DNA of 60,917 nucleotides from Cyanophora paradoxa CCMP329 (taxonomy: Eukaryota > Plantae > Glaucophyta), in NCBI GenBank assembly GCA_004431415.1, contig QPMI01000512.1, forward strand, positions 1-60,917, in the 5' to 3' direction. How positions within the stretch are numbered: position 1 is the first letter of the stretch; every line of letters starts with the position of its first letter. Below the pieces are notes generated by a model. It was not told the DNA's origin. It made no database searches and worked only from the letters and a program-made list of their open reading frames with translations. Below are positions 24,034 through 33,002 of this stretch, piece by piece. Made by a program: the position numbers and the translations under genes.

Positions 24034-25515
24034 GTGCATGTAAAATGTTACATTGATCTTTTTTATTGTCTGATGACAAGGATGTCAAGACCGCCAATAG
24101 TAAGACGATCGCAAGATTTAGAGGGGAGCACATTGCCGATCCCCGTGCCGAAAGAGAATAAAGAGAGCCGCATAGTAAAGCGGTCTGATTTAAAGGCTTT
24201 GGTGCCCCGCGACGTGCCCGTAGCCCTTGCTGTCCCGGAGCAATCGAAAATCGCGCGTAAATTCTACGATCCGCAAACCGGTTTCAAAGGGATCACTAAG
24301 CTACGGCAAGAGCTGCCCAATGAGAATTATAAGAAATTGCAAGAGTGGTATAGCCGGCAAGAGGTCGTTCAGATTAATGCGCCGCACCTATCCCGCAAAC
24401 GAGACCCTGCTATACCGATCCGACAGCCTCTCGATACCTACGTAATTGATCTGCTATTCTTTCCCGCTTACTCGAAGTATAATGATAATTACAGTGCTTT
24501 TCTCACGGCTATGGAGAACACATTACGGGTCGGGTTCATTATCCCGATGCGGGAGAAGTCCGCGGCGTCGACCTTAGCCGCCTTTATACAGCTGCAAAAT
24601 AAGGCGCCGAGACCAATTTTCAAAGTGCAAAGCGATGCGGGAAGCGAATTCCGCAATGATATTATGCGCAAATATTTCGAGAATCAGTTTATCGAGCATC
24701 AGATAGCGGACACAGCCGACCATCGCGCGCAAGGGCGCATAGAAGCATTTAACAAGCAAATGCGGCGGCTGATCACGAGCTACTGCATCGCGAATAATAC
24801 GGCGCGATTTATAGATGTCCTTTCGTCTCTGGAATATAATTATAATAATACGGTGCACTCTGCGACCGGCTATATGCCCGCCGAGACCAACGAGAGTCAC
24901 TATAAGCTTATAGTGCAAAAAGAAGATGCGAAATTCAAGAAATCGATAGCTTATTTGGATCAGATTCAGCCGGGCATGTCAGTAAGGCTACGGATCGAGA
25001 AGACGCCATTCGCTAAGGGCGGTAACAATTGGAGCCGAATCGTATATACTGTCGCCGCGCGCGAGGGCTATAAGTTTATGCTAACTGATCCGGACGGCAA
25101 TCGCGTAGAGGGTCGCTTTGCCTTCCACGAGCTATTGCCTGTCCAAGCTGTGGATTACCTAATGGCGCCCACAGTAGATGCATTAGAAGCGGCAAAGGAC
25201 GAGGCGCGGGTCGATGCGCAATTGCGTAGAGAGGGCATAGAAGCCGCCGCGGCTGTGCCGCAAGGCACTCTATTAGAAGATCGCGTGCAAAAAGAGAAAC
25301 GCGTAAATAAAGAATTACAGCGGCTAGTAACAGCCGCCGAGCCTAAGCTATCCGGCGGCGTGAATAGCCAACGATGGTATAAGTCGTTCTCTAATCAAAC
25401 TGAGAGCTATAAAGCGCCGGAAACCAAAGCTACATTAAGAAGTAGTAGAAAAGTAGCAACGGTAGCGCCGGTAGCTAATGGCGATCGAAAAGCGACTTTG
25501 AGACCACGAAAGTAG
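24034..25515 (+). CDS. rve integrase of PLV-A (intact)
   Basis: FYDPQTGFKG, YVIDLLFF (D), QSDAGSEF (D), GRIEAFNK (E), YNNTVHSATG, FAKGGNNWS. True start probably 24073 or 24082. Confidence 0.92.
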   Translation: MHVKCYIDLFYCLMTRMSRPPIVRRSQDLEGSTLPIPVPKENKESRIVKRSDLKALVPRDVPVALAVPEQSKIARKFYDPQTGFKGITKLRQELPNENYKKLQEWYSRQEVVQINAPHLSRKRDPAIPIRQPLDTYVIDLLFFPAYSKYNDNYSAFLTAMENTLRVGFIIPMREKSAASTLAAFIQLQNKAPRPIFKVQSDAGSEFRNDIMRKYFENQFIEHQIADTADHRAQGRIEAFNKQMRRLITSYCIANNTARFIDVLSSLEYNYNNTVHSATGYMPAETNESHYKLIVQKEDAKFKKSIAYLDQIQPGMSVRLRIEKTPFAKGGNNWSRIVYTVAAREGYKFMLTDPDGNRVEGRFAFHELLPVQAVDYLMAPTVDALEAAKDEARVDAQLRREGIEAAAAVPQGTLLEDRVQKEKRVNKELQRLVTAAEPKLSGGVNSQRWYKSFSNQTESYKAPETKATLRSSRKVATVAPVANGDRKATLRPRK

Positions 25516-25885
25516 TAGGCGCCGCGGTGCTTTCGTAGCCGCCAAATCGCGCCCTTTGCGAATCAGACCGCGCCGCTTTGTAGTAGCGTAGAACTACTCT
25601 ATACGCGCACGGTTGCAAAGTATGACTAGTGGAGCCTCATGGGAACGCGCGCCGGCTCTCAGAATGTAGCGGACACCTCGATTTTCGGGCACTTGTGCCT
25701 ATGGCGAATTTGCACTTCTTGCCACGGTTGAGTTAGCTAGTCAAACTAGCACCAACATGCCCGGAAGCAAGTTACGAGCACGTAGCAATTGAGAGCGCGC
25801 CGAGATCGGCTTGCTGTCCAAAGTTATGCCCGGAAAACGAAAGGGGGGGTCTCCGCGAAGTCGCGATCGCCGGTGTTATCGAGTC

Positions 25886-25927
25886 GGGACTCGGGACTCG
25901 GGACTCGGGGCTCGGGACTCGGGACTC
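25886..25927. repeat. Heptamer tandem repeat (GGGACTC)x6
   Basis: gggactc gggactc gggactc ggggctc gggactc gggactc. Confidence 0.85.
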
Positions 25928-26319
25928 CAACTTTGCAACTTAAAATGCAACTGGCAAGTGTCATACTATGATAGTATAGGCTACCGCCGACCGCCGAGTT
26001 GGCTCAGCGGCTCACCGAGTCACTGGGAGTCAGAGGCTTAGAGCCCCGCGATCGCATTTTTAAAAACTATGCATTTTACACATTATTTTTTGAGCCTATG
26101 AAACTTATATGGACGTGCTAGCCTCGTTAAGACGGTCACGGCGCTATTTTCAGTTTTGCAGGGTGATGAGCTGGTGATGAGATACAAGCGTTTGACGATT
26201 TCCATCGAAAATCGGTGTTTTGGTATCCCCCCTTTCGCTTTTCCCGTATGCCCCCTTTCGCCGATTGAATTGTGTGCGTTTTTGATTGGACACCGTAACC
26301 TGAGCACGCTTTATTATAG

Positions 26320-26620
26320 CCAATCCTGATCCTGTCAGCCTGTCCTCAGCCAATCCCGATCCTGTCAGCCTGTCATCAGCCAATCCTGATCCTGTCAGCC
26401 TATACTATCAGCCGATACTATCACCCTGTCAGCCTATACTATCAGCCTGTCAGCCTATACTATCAGCCTGTCAGCCTATACTATCAGCCTGTCAGCCTAT
26501 ACTATCAGCCTGTCAGCCTATACTATCACCCTGTCAGCCTATACTATCACCCTGTCAGCCTACTGTCAGTCTACTGTCAGCCTACTATCAGCCTACTCTC
26601 AGCCTACTGTCAGCCTACTA
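26320..26620. repeat. Composite minisatellite with TCAGCC core (30-, 21- and 11-bp units)
   Basis: ccaatcctgatcctgtcagcctgtc.tcag about x3, then tatactatcagcctgtcagcc about x7, then ctactgtcagc-like units. Confidence 0.9.
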
Positions 26621-27039
26621 TCGATGATCTCTTATCACATTACGATCAGCCATAACAGCTAATTTATCACATTACGATCAGACAACGTAAAAATACTACG
26701 CTATCGCATGCTATATGTTTTCGGAATCGCCGCGATGTGATGACCCCGAATATGTCGGTGACGCCGGTGTATATATGTATATGTCGTGATATGCGAAAAA
26801 AAACAAAAAAAACACAAAAAAGCAAAGTTGTGCGGGATCACACACACGGAGGTGCGGACATATATACGAAATATATACATGACTAAATCGTTATTGTTTT
26901 CATAGAACTCGCATGTAGTTTGCATGTATCTTGCATAGTGGGCGGGGCGCACTTATCCCCTTCGTATCCACTTCGTATCCACTTCATATCCACTTTGTGT
27001 TCACTAAATTATATCGCACTGATTCAGTTTGCATTTTGC

Positions 27040-28058
27040 CCCCACCCTACACCCCACCCTATACTACAATCTCGTTATTTCTATACATATTTACTATCTA
27101 ATTTAATAGAGTTTATACATTGAAATAAGTGAGGTGTATCGATAAGTAATACAGGGTGGGGAGGGTGGGGTTGGGTGGGGTCTTTTTTGCCCAAAAATAT
27201 TTGACCCCCAAAAATTTAAGGGATTCAAAAAAATGCCCCACCTCACCCCACTTACCCCACCCTATCGAAGTCCGCACGATATCATAGTAGGCTACATCGG
27301 GATTGCGATCATATCACAGTGTATACAGTGAGGGTGGTGCCCCACTTTCTCACCCCACCCTATCGATTCGCGATTCAGGGATCGCGAAATATACAGCACA
27401 TGATACTTGTTTTTCTTAGTGATCGCGCCGTTCTAATACGATCTGAATATATCATATCTCGTCGGTATCACGTCGGTTCAATATCGTAATTATTAAATGG
27501 TTGGCTGATACCACTTTCACACCCCACCCTCACACCCCACCCGGTATTAATTTAACATACATAATCTCTATACTTTATACATTAATTACATTGAAATCAA
27601 TCATAAATATAATAAAAGATACAGGGTGGGGTAAGTGGGGTTGGGTGGGGTCTTTTTTGACCAAGAATTTTTGAGGGGAATTATTTTAGGGAATTCAAAA
27701 AAATGCCCCACCTCACCCACCCGCCCCACCCTATCGAAGTTATCGAAGTCCGATAAGTATCAAACCGGAAGTAAAAATAACACATCATGATTTTATGTGT
27801 GCCATCTTAGATTGGACTACCATACCGATACCACTCACACCCCACCCTCACACCCCACCCAGTATTAATTTAACATACTCAATCATACATATTTATATTT
27901 AAATTACATTGAAATCAATCATAGATAAAGAGAATAATACAGGGTGGGGTAAGTGGGGTTGGGTGGGGTCTTTTTTGACCAAGAATTTTTGGGAGTGAAA
28001 CATTTTAGGGAATTCAAAAAAATGCCCCACCTCACCCCACCCGCCCCACCCTATCGAA
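27040..28058. repeat. Three further copies of the G-rich inverted-repeat module
   Basis: About 27040-27268, 27522-27738 and 27840-28058; same architecture as 18855-19071. Confidence 0.88.
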
Positions 28059-28304
28059 GCTACGTAGGTGATACACATGACTATATGAGGCGCGTCCCAA
28101 GCAGCACATTGTAGTTGTTTTAGATACACATCGCGCATCGTAAACACATATCGGCTATATCGCGATTACATATTATATATACATATTTTACAAAGATTCC
28201 ACGATACTTATATTATTTTTATTGATTCATTTACGAACTACCGATAGAATACATATCACATATCGATATACACTATGATAAAAATGCTAATATCTTTATA
28301 TAAC

Positions 28305-31136
28305 TTATAGTAACACACATATAAAAACAAATATTATTATCCTGAGCGGAACGCGAGGGATAATAATATTTGTTTTTATATGTGTTTCCTCTGCCGCCTT
28401 GCGCTCTGCGATCTTCCGCCTCTGCTCTTCTATCTCGGCGTTGCGTCTCGCCGCGTTCTCCTTGGCTTGCTGCTTCCGCTCTTCGATCACCCTGTTTGCG
28501 TACTCCTTGTCCGCTTGGGCCTTTCTGTAGCGCTCCTCGATCTGACTCTTGGCCTCGTCTCCTCTCTTCCTTAGATCGCCCATGAATGCCGTCGTATCTA
28601 TGTGAATCTTGTATTTGGCGGGTGGGTGCTCACGTTTGAAGGCCTCCAGATCGCGCACCATGGCATCGTACTGCGCGAGCCCCTCCGCTGGAATGATGGC
28701 TCTTCGCATTTCCCAAAATTTGCTCAGCTTGCCCACGTAATCGACCATGGAGAGGTACGCGCTCTGTGCGCCCGCGCTCACCGTTTTCGGATTGGCTCGC
28801 AGCTCTGCCACAAACTTTCCCTTTTGCATCCGGTACAGTGACCATTCGAGGGCTCCCCGCCATAGGCTCACTTCCGTCCGCAGTTCGCGGTGCATCTCCT
28901 CCACGTCGCCGTATGCTATCCAGATGGCATCGCTGATGGGCCTCTGAACAGCCTGACGCTCAAAGTTTTTCCACTTCTCATCGGCCATCTTTCTCCTCAG
29001 TTCTTCGGCGTCTTTCTGACCCCTTCCCGTCAGCTGATCCATAACGTAGCTAAAGTCGCGCATGTTCTCTTCCATGGCGCGGACCCTGTCCCCCGATGCA
29101 TTTCCTTCTTTCAGTTTTTTGAGCTCCGAGCGGTAAAAATCCATCTGCGCCCCCCTGAACGTCTCCAGTCGTCGCTTACGCTCCGCTACCTTCGGCTCCT
29201 CCAGCCGTGCAAATTCCTCGTCTGATGCAGTTTGCATTGCCTTCAGTCGTTCCTCTTCTGTCTTGGCAGCTGCCTCCTCGTCCGCCCTGCGCCGCTGCTC
29301 TAACGCGTCGAAGAGGGCCCTCTGATCCTCGAGCGTGAGGCCAATGAGCTCTTCCACCTGGTCGCTCCTACCCAGCCGCGCGAAGGGCAGCCTCTCGGCG
29401 GCCGGCCTCGGATCGGGCCTCGGCGTCGTCTGCGTCTCGGCCGTCCCCATGGGCGAGCGAGCCTCTGCCGTGGCCGCGTACTTGAGCAGCCTCTGTGCCA
29501 GCTCGTCCGCGTTGGCCTTGAATTTTTTCGACTGCTCGTCCGCGCGCTCGGCGGCCTCCTTTAAATTTTTGATTTCCTCCCGGAGCCTGTTCGCCTCCTG
29601 CACCGCCCCCGTTTGCAGCTCTCCTGCCTTTCTCCTCGTTTCCTCTTCCTCTTCCAGCAGCTGCCTTCTCGTCTCTGCCTCCTTTTCCAATTTCTTCTTC
29701 CTATCCTCGATCTCTTTCCTCTGCGCCTCAAGCAGCTCGGTGCCTGCGGTCAGCGCTTCAATTTCCTGCAGCTTTTTCGCCTTGGCGGCTTCCCTTTGCT
29801 CGTTTATCCTCTTCAGCTCCTCCTCGGCGTCGAGTATCATTTTCGTGCGCTCTTCCGCGACCTGGCGCTCTGCCGACCTTAGCGCGGTGAGGGCGCTCTC
29901 TTCCTGCCTTTGCGCGTCTGTCATCAGCTTGTTCGCTTCCGCCTTCTTCTCCGCGACCTCTGTCATTTCCTTGTCTTTCAGCTCGCTCCATTGCTTCTTT
30001 TCGTTCTCGAGTTTGTAGTACTCGCGCTGCGCGTCCTCGGAATCGAATTTTACGGGAGGCCTCGCGTTCAGCTCTGCAAGGTCCTTTTCGTACGCCTTCC
30101 GATCCCTGTAGTACTTTGCACCGCCTGCAATCAGGGCCGCGCCGAAGATTCCCGTTGTCGTACCAAGGATCGGCACGAGCGTACCCCCTCCGCCGCTCTC
30201 TCCGCCCGAGCCGCCGCCACCCGAGCCGCTGCTACCCCCGCCCCCTCCCACGGGCGTACCGCCTGTGCCCCCTCCGCCCGCCGTGCCTGTACCCCCACCC
30301 CCCGTGCCTGTACCCCCGCCCCCGGTGCTCCCACCCCCTGTACCCCCACCCCCGGTGCTTCCGCCGCCCGTACCCCCACCCGGAATCGCGCCCGGCACCT
30401 TGGGCCCGCCGATGATGTCGTCGTACAGGTGGCGGTGCGCCCAGTCCGTGATGTCGGCCTTCACGTGCGGGTGCTTGACGAGCGCGTACCTCTCGTCGTG
30501 GAAGTGGTCCTTCAGCGCCCAGTTCTGGGTTTTCGCCCAGTCAGAGCGATCGGGGAGCACGTCGGGCGCCGCCGGGATGCGGCCCCCGCTCGTCGTCTCC
30601 GGCGTCTCGCCCGTCCTGTCGGCGCTCAGGGCGCGGATGTTGACCTTGAAGTGGTCGAACCACGCAAAAAACTCCTCCCTGTCGCGCCTGTACTGCTCGG
30701 GTTCCATGCTCGGCAGCGCCTGGCGGCTCCAGTAGATGTGGCGCAGCGGGCCCGCGATGCGCTCGAGGGAGTTGTACCCGGGCTTGACATCGCCTTCTGT
30801 GCCCTTTAGCGTCAGTTTCACGAGGTTCAGTGTGGCATCCTTTGCTGTGACGGCGTCTGCAATTTTCACGTCGGCCGCCCTCTTGATTATGTTCCAATCG
30901 ACGCCCGTCTCGGTCGCACCCCCCCACAGCCCCTTGATAATCGCAGTGAGGTCCCCGAAATCTTCGAGCGAGCCTATAGTCGTCAGGAAATCGCTGTACG
31001 TTGCGCCCTTGCGCAGTCGAATCTCGTCCGCGTAAATTCCCCTCACGCTCAGGCTCCCGTCTATCGCGAAGGCGCCGTTCAGCACCTCGTCCGGATTTGG
31101 TATTGCCATGCGCCAAGGGTCGTCGAGCATCGACAT
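28305..31136 (-). CDS. Large structural-type protein: HxH fibre-like motifs, Gly-rich linker, TM helix, long coiled coil; C-terminus probably truncated at about 28386
   Basis: KDHFHDERY..KHPHVKADITDWAHRH; (GGT/GGS)n; LVPILGTTTGIFGAALIAGG; E/K/R heptads. The last 27 aa are read through the AT-rich hairpin. Confidence 0.75.
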   Translation of the reverse strand: MSMLDDPWRMAIPNPDEVLNGAFAIDGSLSVRGIYADEIRLRKGATYSDFLTTIGSLEDFGDLTAIIKGLWGGATETGVDWNIIKRAADVKIADAVTAKDATLNLVKLTLKGTEGDVKPGYNSLERIAGPLRHIYWSRQALPSMEPEQYRRDREEFFAWFDHFKVNIRALSADRTGETPETTSGGRIPAAPDVLPDRSDWAKTQNWALKDHFHDERYALVKHPHVKADITDWAHRHLYDDIIGGPKVPGAIPGGGTGGGSTGGGGTGGGSTGGGGTGTGGGGTGTAGGGGTGGTPVGGGGGSSGSGGGGSGGESGGGGTLVPILGTTTGIFGAALIAGGAKYYRDRKAYEKDLAELNARPPVKFDSEDAQREYYKLENEKKQWSELKDKEMTEVAEKKAEANKLMTDAQRQEESALTALRSAERQVAEERTKMILDAEEELKRINEQREAAKAKKLQEIEALTAGTELLEAQRKEIEDRKKKLEKEAETRRQLLEEEEETRRKAGELQTGAVQEANRLREEIKNLKEAAERADEQSKKFKANADELAQRLLKYAATAEARSPMGTAETQTTPRPDPRPAAERLPFARLGRSDQVEELIGLTLEDQRALFDALEQRRRADEEAAAKTEEERLKAMQTASDEEFARLEEPKVAERKRRLETFRGAQMDFYRSELKKLKEGNASGDRVRAMEENMRDFSYVMDQLTGRGQKDAEELRRKMADEKWKNFERQAVQRPISDAIWIAYGDVEEMHRELRTEVSLWRGALEWSLYRMQKGKFVAELRANPKTVSAGAQSAYLSMVDYVGKLSKFWEMRRAIIPAEGLAQYDAMVRDLEAFKREHPPAKYKIHIDTTAFMGDLRKRGDEAKSQIEERYRKAQADKEYANRVIEERKQQAKENAARRNAEIEEQRRKIAERKAAEETHIKTNIIIPRVPLRIIIFVFICVLL
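28315..28385. other. Perfect 28-bp AT-rich hairpin at the AT/GC junction
   Basis: ACACATATAAAAACAAATATTATTATCC (28315-28342), 15-nt loop, GGATAATAATATTTGTTTTTATATGTGT (28358-28385). Confidence 0.92.
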
Positions 31137-31161
31137 TTTATTCGCGAGAGAGAAAAATTAA

Positions 31162-31637
31162 CTAGCGCTCCGCGTCCCACGTCCACTTCAGCTTGCCGCT
31201 CACCTCGCCCGTTGTCCAGCGGCCCACCGGCACCTGCCAGAAAACGTCGGCGTAGGGGTAATCGGGCCTGATAACTATCTGCTCGTCACGCAGCCAGCGG
31301 TAGGCCTCGGAGGCATCGCGTATTTTCGGCTCCCAGTGCTCCCCGCCCGTGCCGTTCGGCAGCGAGTACCCCTCCCTTGCTACCCGTACCCTGTAGAAGT
31401 GCTCGCCCGTTTCCACGTCTACCCCCTGTACTCGAATTCTACGATTAAGGCCAAGTCCTGCCAAGCGCTCTCACCGAGACGGATGTGACTGAGGCTGTGC
31501 AGCAGCCCGTATTTAATTGGACCAGAGGCGGTTACAAGATCGACTCTGTAAGCAAGGGGCGAGGGGTAGCCAGGCACGCCCGTAAAGGTGCGCGTCTTGA
31601 CGCCCGAGCCCTTCCGCGGAAATATGATCAGGCGCAT
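31162..31637 (-). CDS. Hypothetical protein (ORFs 31419-31637 and 31162-31464, possibly one frameshifted gene)
   Basis: Co-oriented overlapping ORFs; ATTTTC-type motif upstream of 31637. Confidence 0.5.
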
Positions 31638-31657
31638 TTAAGGGGGCCTGCGAAAAT

Positions 31658-32107
31658 CTATTTAGCGTAGGCCCAGAGGCCGAAGTTCTTGACGATGAAG
31701 GCGTTGTTCTTCTTGGTGGCGCCCGTTATGTCGGTGAAGCGCACGCGCAGCTCCTGGAACTTATCGTACGCGACGTAATTCGGGCGCACGGCCATGGGCA
31801 CCTCGAACCAGTAGAGGATGGTGTTTTCCAGGCCGTCGTGGCCCCACGTCGGTATCACGACCTTGTTAATGCACGTGTTGACGTTCGAGATGGTCCTCAC
31901 GTTCAAGTCGGGCACGTCCATCAGCAGCACGTTTACGGTTTTCGCGGCGGTGGGGTCCGGAATCGCGGTCGTGTCCAGCTCCAGGTAGACTCCCTTGATC
32001 TGCAGCGTGTCGATGTCGGCGGGGATCTGGTTCAGCCTGAGACGCCAGAAGCCCTCGGAATCCTGCGTTTCCCCGTTCGACTGGACGTAGAGGTTAACGC
32101 AGGACAT
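31658..32107 (-). CDS. Putative minor capsid (penton-like single jelly-roll) protein
   Basis: Beta-rich 149 aa; N-terminal 'NLYVQS' and C-terminal 'ELRVRFTDITG' resemble penton termini. Confidence 0.55.
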   Translation of the reverse strand: MSCVNLYVQSNGETQDSEGFWRLRLNQIPADIDTLQIKGVYLELDTTAIPDPTAAKTVNVLLMDVPDLNVRTISNVNTCINKVVIPTWGHDGLENTILYWFEVPMAVRPNYVAYDKFQELRVRFTDITGATKKNNAFIVKNFGLWAYAK

Positions 32108-32126
32108 TTAGGGAGGGGCTGAGAAA

Positions 32127-32315
32127 TTAAGCCCGCTTCGGACCCATGTTCAGGAGGGTGGGGCCCACGAAGTAGTAGCCCGCGAATTGCGCGAGGAGGA
32201 TCCGCATCAGGTAGTAGCGCGCGGGCGACATGTACGCAACGGCGCCGAGGGTCAGCAGGCTGCCCAGGTAGCGCGAATCGCTGAGGATGCTGTCGAGGCT
32301 CGGCAGGGACATCAT
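32127..32315 (-). CDS. Small membrane protein
   Basis: Two hydrophobic stretches in 62 aa; in-frame ATG at 32312/32315. Confidence 0.55.
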   Translation of the reverse strand: MMSLPSLDSILSDSRYLGSLLTLGAVAYMSPARYYLMRILLAQFAGYYFVGPTLLNMGPKRA

Positions 32316-32343
32316 TCTCGGGTTTAAGGCCCCTTTCAGAAAT

Positions 32344-32697
32344 TTACTTGGGCATGAAGAAATTCCTGACGCGCTCTCCCTCCTCGTGCAGCGCCCACTG
32401 CAGCCTGTCGATGACGGCGGCCATCACGGGCGGGCTCGCGGCGGGGTTTTTCGCGTACGCCCGGGCGTCCTCTGCCATCTGGGGGTGGTACTGCTCGACC
32501 CGCTTGGCGTAGCTCGCGATGGCGCGGCGGGTGCACCGATCCAGGTCAGCCGCCATTTCCGCCGGTGCCTTCGGCTGCTGCTGCTTCTTTCGCGCGTAAG
32601 TCCTAAGAAGCCAAGGGTAGGCCGTGCTGGTGCTGCTGCTGGAGTTGCTGGGCGCTGGAGCCTCTGCGCTGGGGGCTGGTGTCGCGGGAGTCTCCAT
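32344..32697 (-). CDS. Hypothetical protein
   Basis: 117 aa, in a tightly packed co-oriented cluster. Confidence 0.55.
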   Translation of the reverse strand: METPATPAPSAEAPAPSNSSSSTSTAYPWLLRTYARKKQQQPKAPAEMAADLDRCTRRAIASYAKRVEQYHPQMAEDARAYAKNPAASPPVMAAVIDRLQWALHEEGERVRNFFMPK

Positions 32698-32980
32698 TTC
32701 CCATGTTCTCTAGAAAAAAACGGGTACCGGTTTGCGTCATCTGAATGTCGACGTGGTGCGGCCCTATGTTCTGCGTGCTCTCGCGCCTCTGCAGCTCGGG
32801 CGGGGGCTCCGGCTGCTCGGGTTGCCTACGCCGAGCCACCTTTAGCGCCGCGGCCTTGAGGGCGCCGAATACTGTGTTGGGTCCCACTCGCTCCGAAGAG
32901 CCCAGCAGCTCCGATGCAAGGAAGAGGACGAGGCCAATTACCGAGATAATGTCCGAGTGGGTGCATTCCCCCTCGAACAT
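32603..32980 (-). CDS. Small membrane protein
   Basis: TM segment IISVIGLVLFLASELLG...NTVF; the 3' end may be extended by an indel. Confidence 0.55.
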   Translation of the reverse strand: MFEGECTHSDIISVIGLVLFLASELLGSSERVGPNTVFGALKAAALKVARRRQPEQPEPPPELQRRESTQNIGPHHVDIQMTQTGTRFFLENMGNGDSRDTSPQRRGSSAQQLQQQHQHGLPLAS

Positions 32981-33002
32981 TTTCGCGGGCCCGTCAGATT
33001 TA

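Larger units (their letters stand above)
1..28385 (+). mobile_element. Outer Polinton-like virus (PLV-A), left end outside window; right end inferred
   Basis: Contains MCP, A32-like ATPase, primase-helicase, pPolB and rve integrase. Genes share an upstream motif AAAATATTTTCTCnGCTTAnAGTAA (near 4740, 5181, 23374). The right boundary is inferred from the G-rich module shared between 18.9 kb and 27-28 kb and from the abrupt AT-to-GC switch at about 28385. Confidence 0.75.

Noticed and set aside
25886-25927. Link between (GGGACTC)n and GGACTCGGGACTC in the 48-49.5 kb repeats
   Set aside because: Only about 13 bp are shared and the flanks are unrelated; this could be chance.
27040-28058. CRISPR-like repeat-spacer array
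   Set aside because: Units are about 220 bp with internal dyads and homologous spacers, and there are no cas genes.
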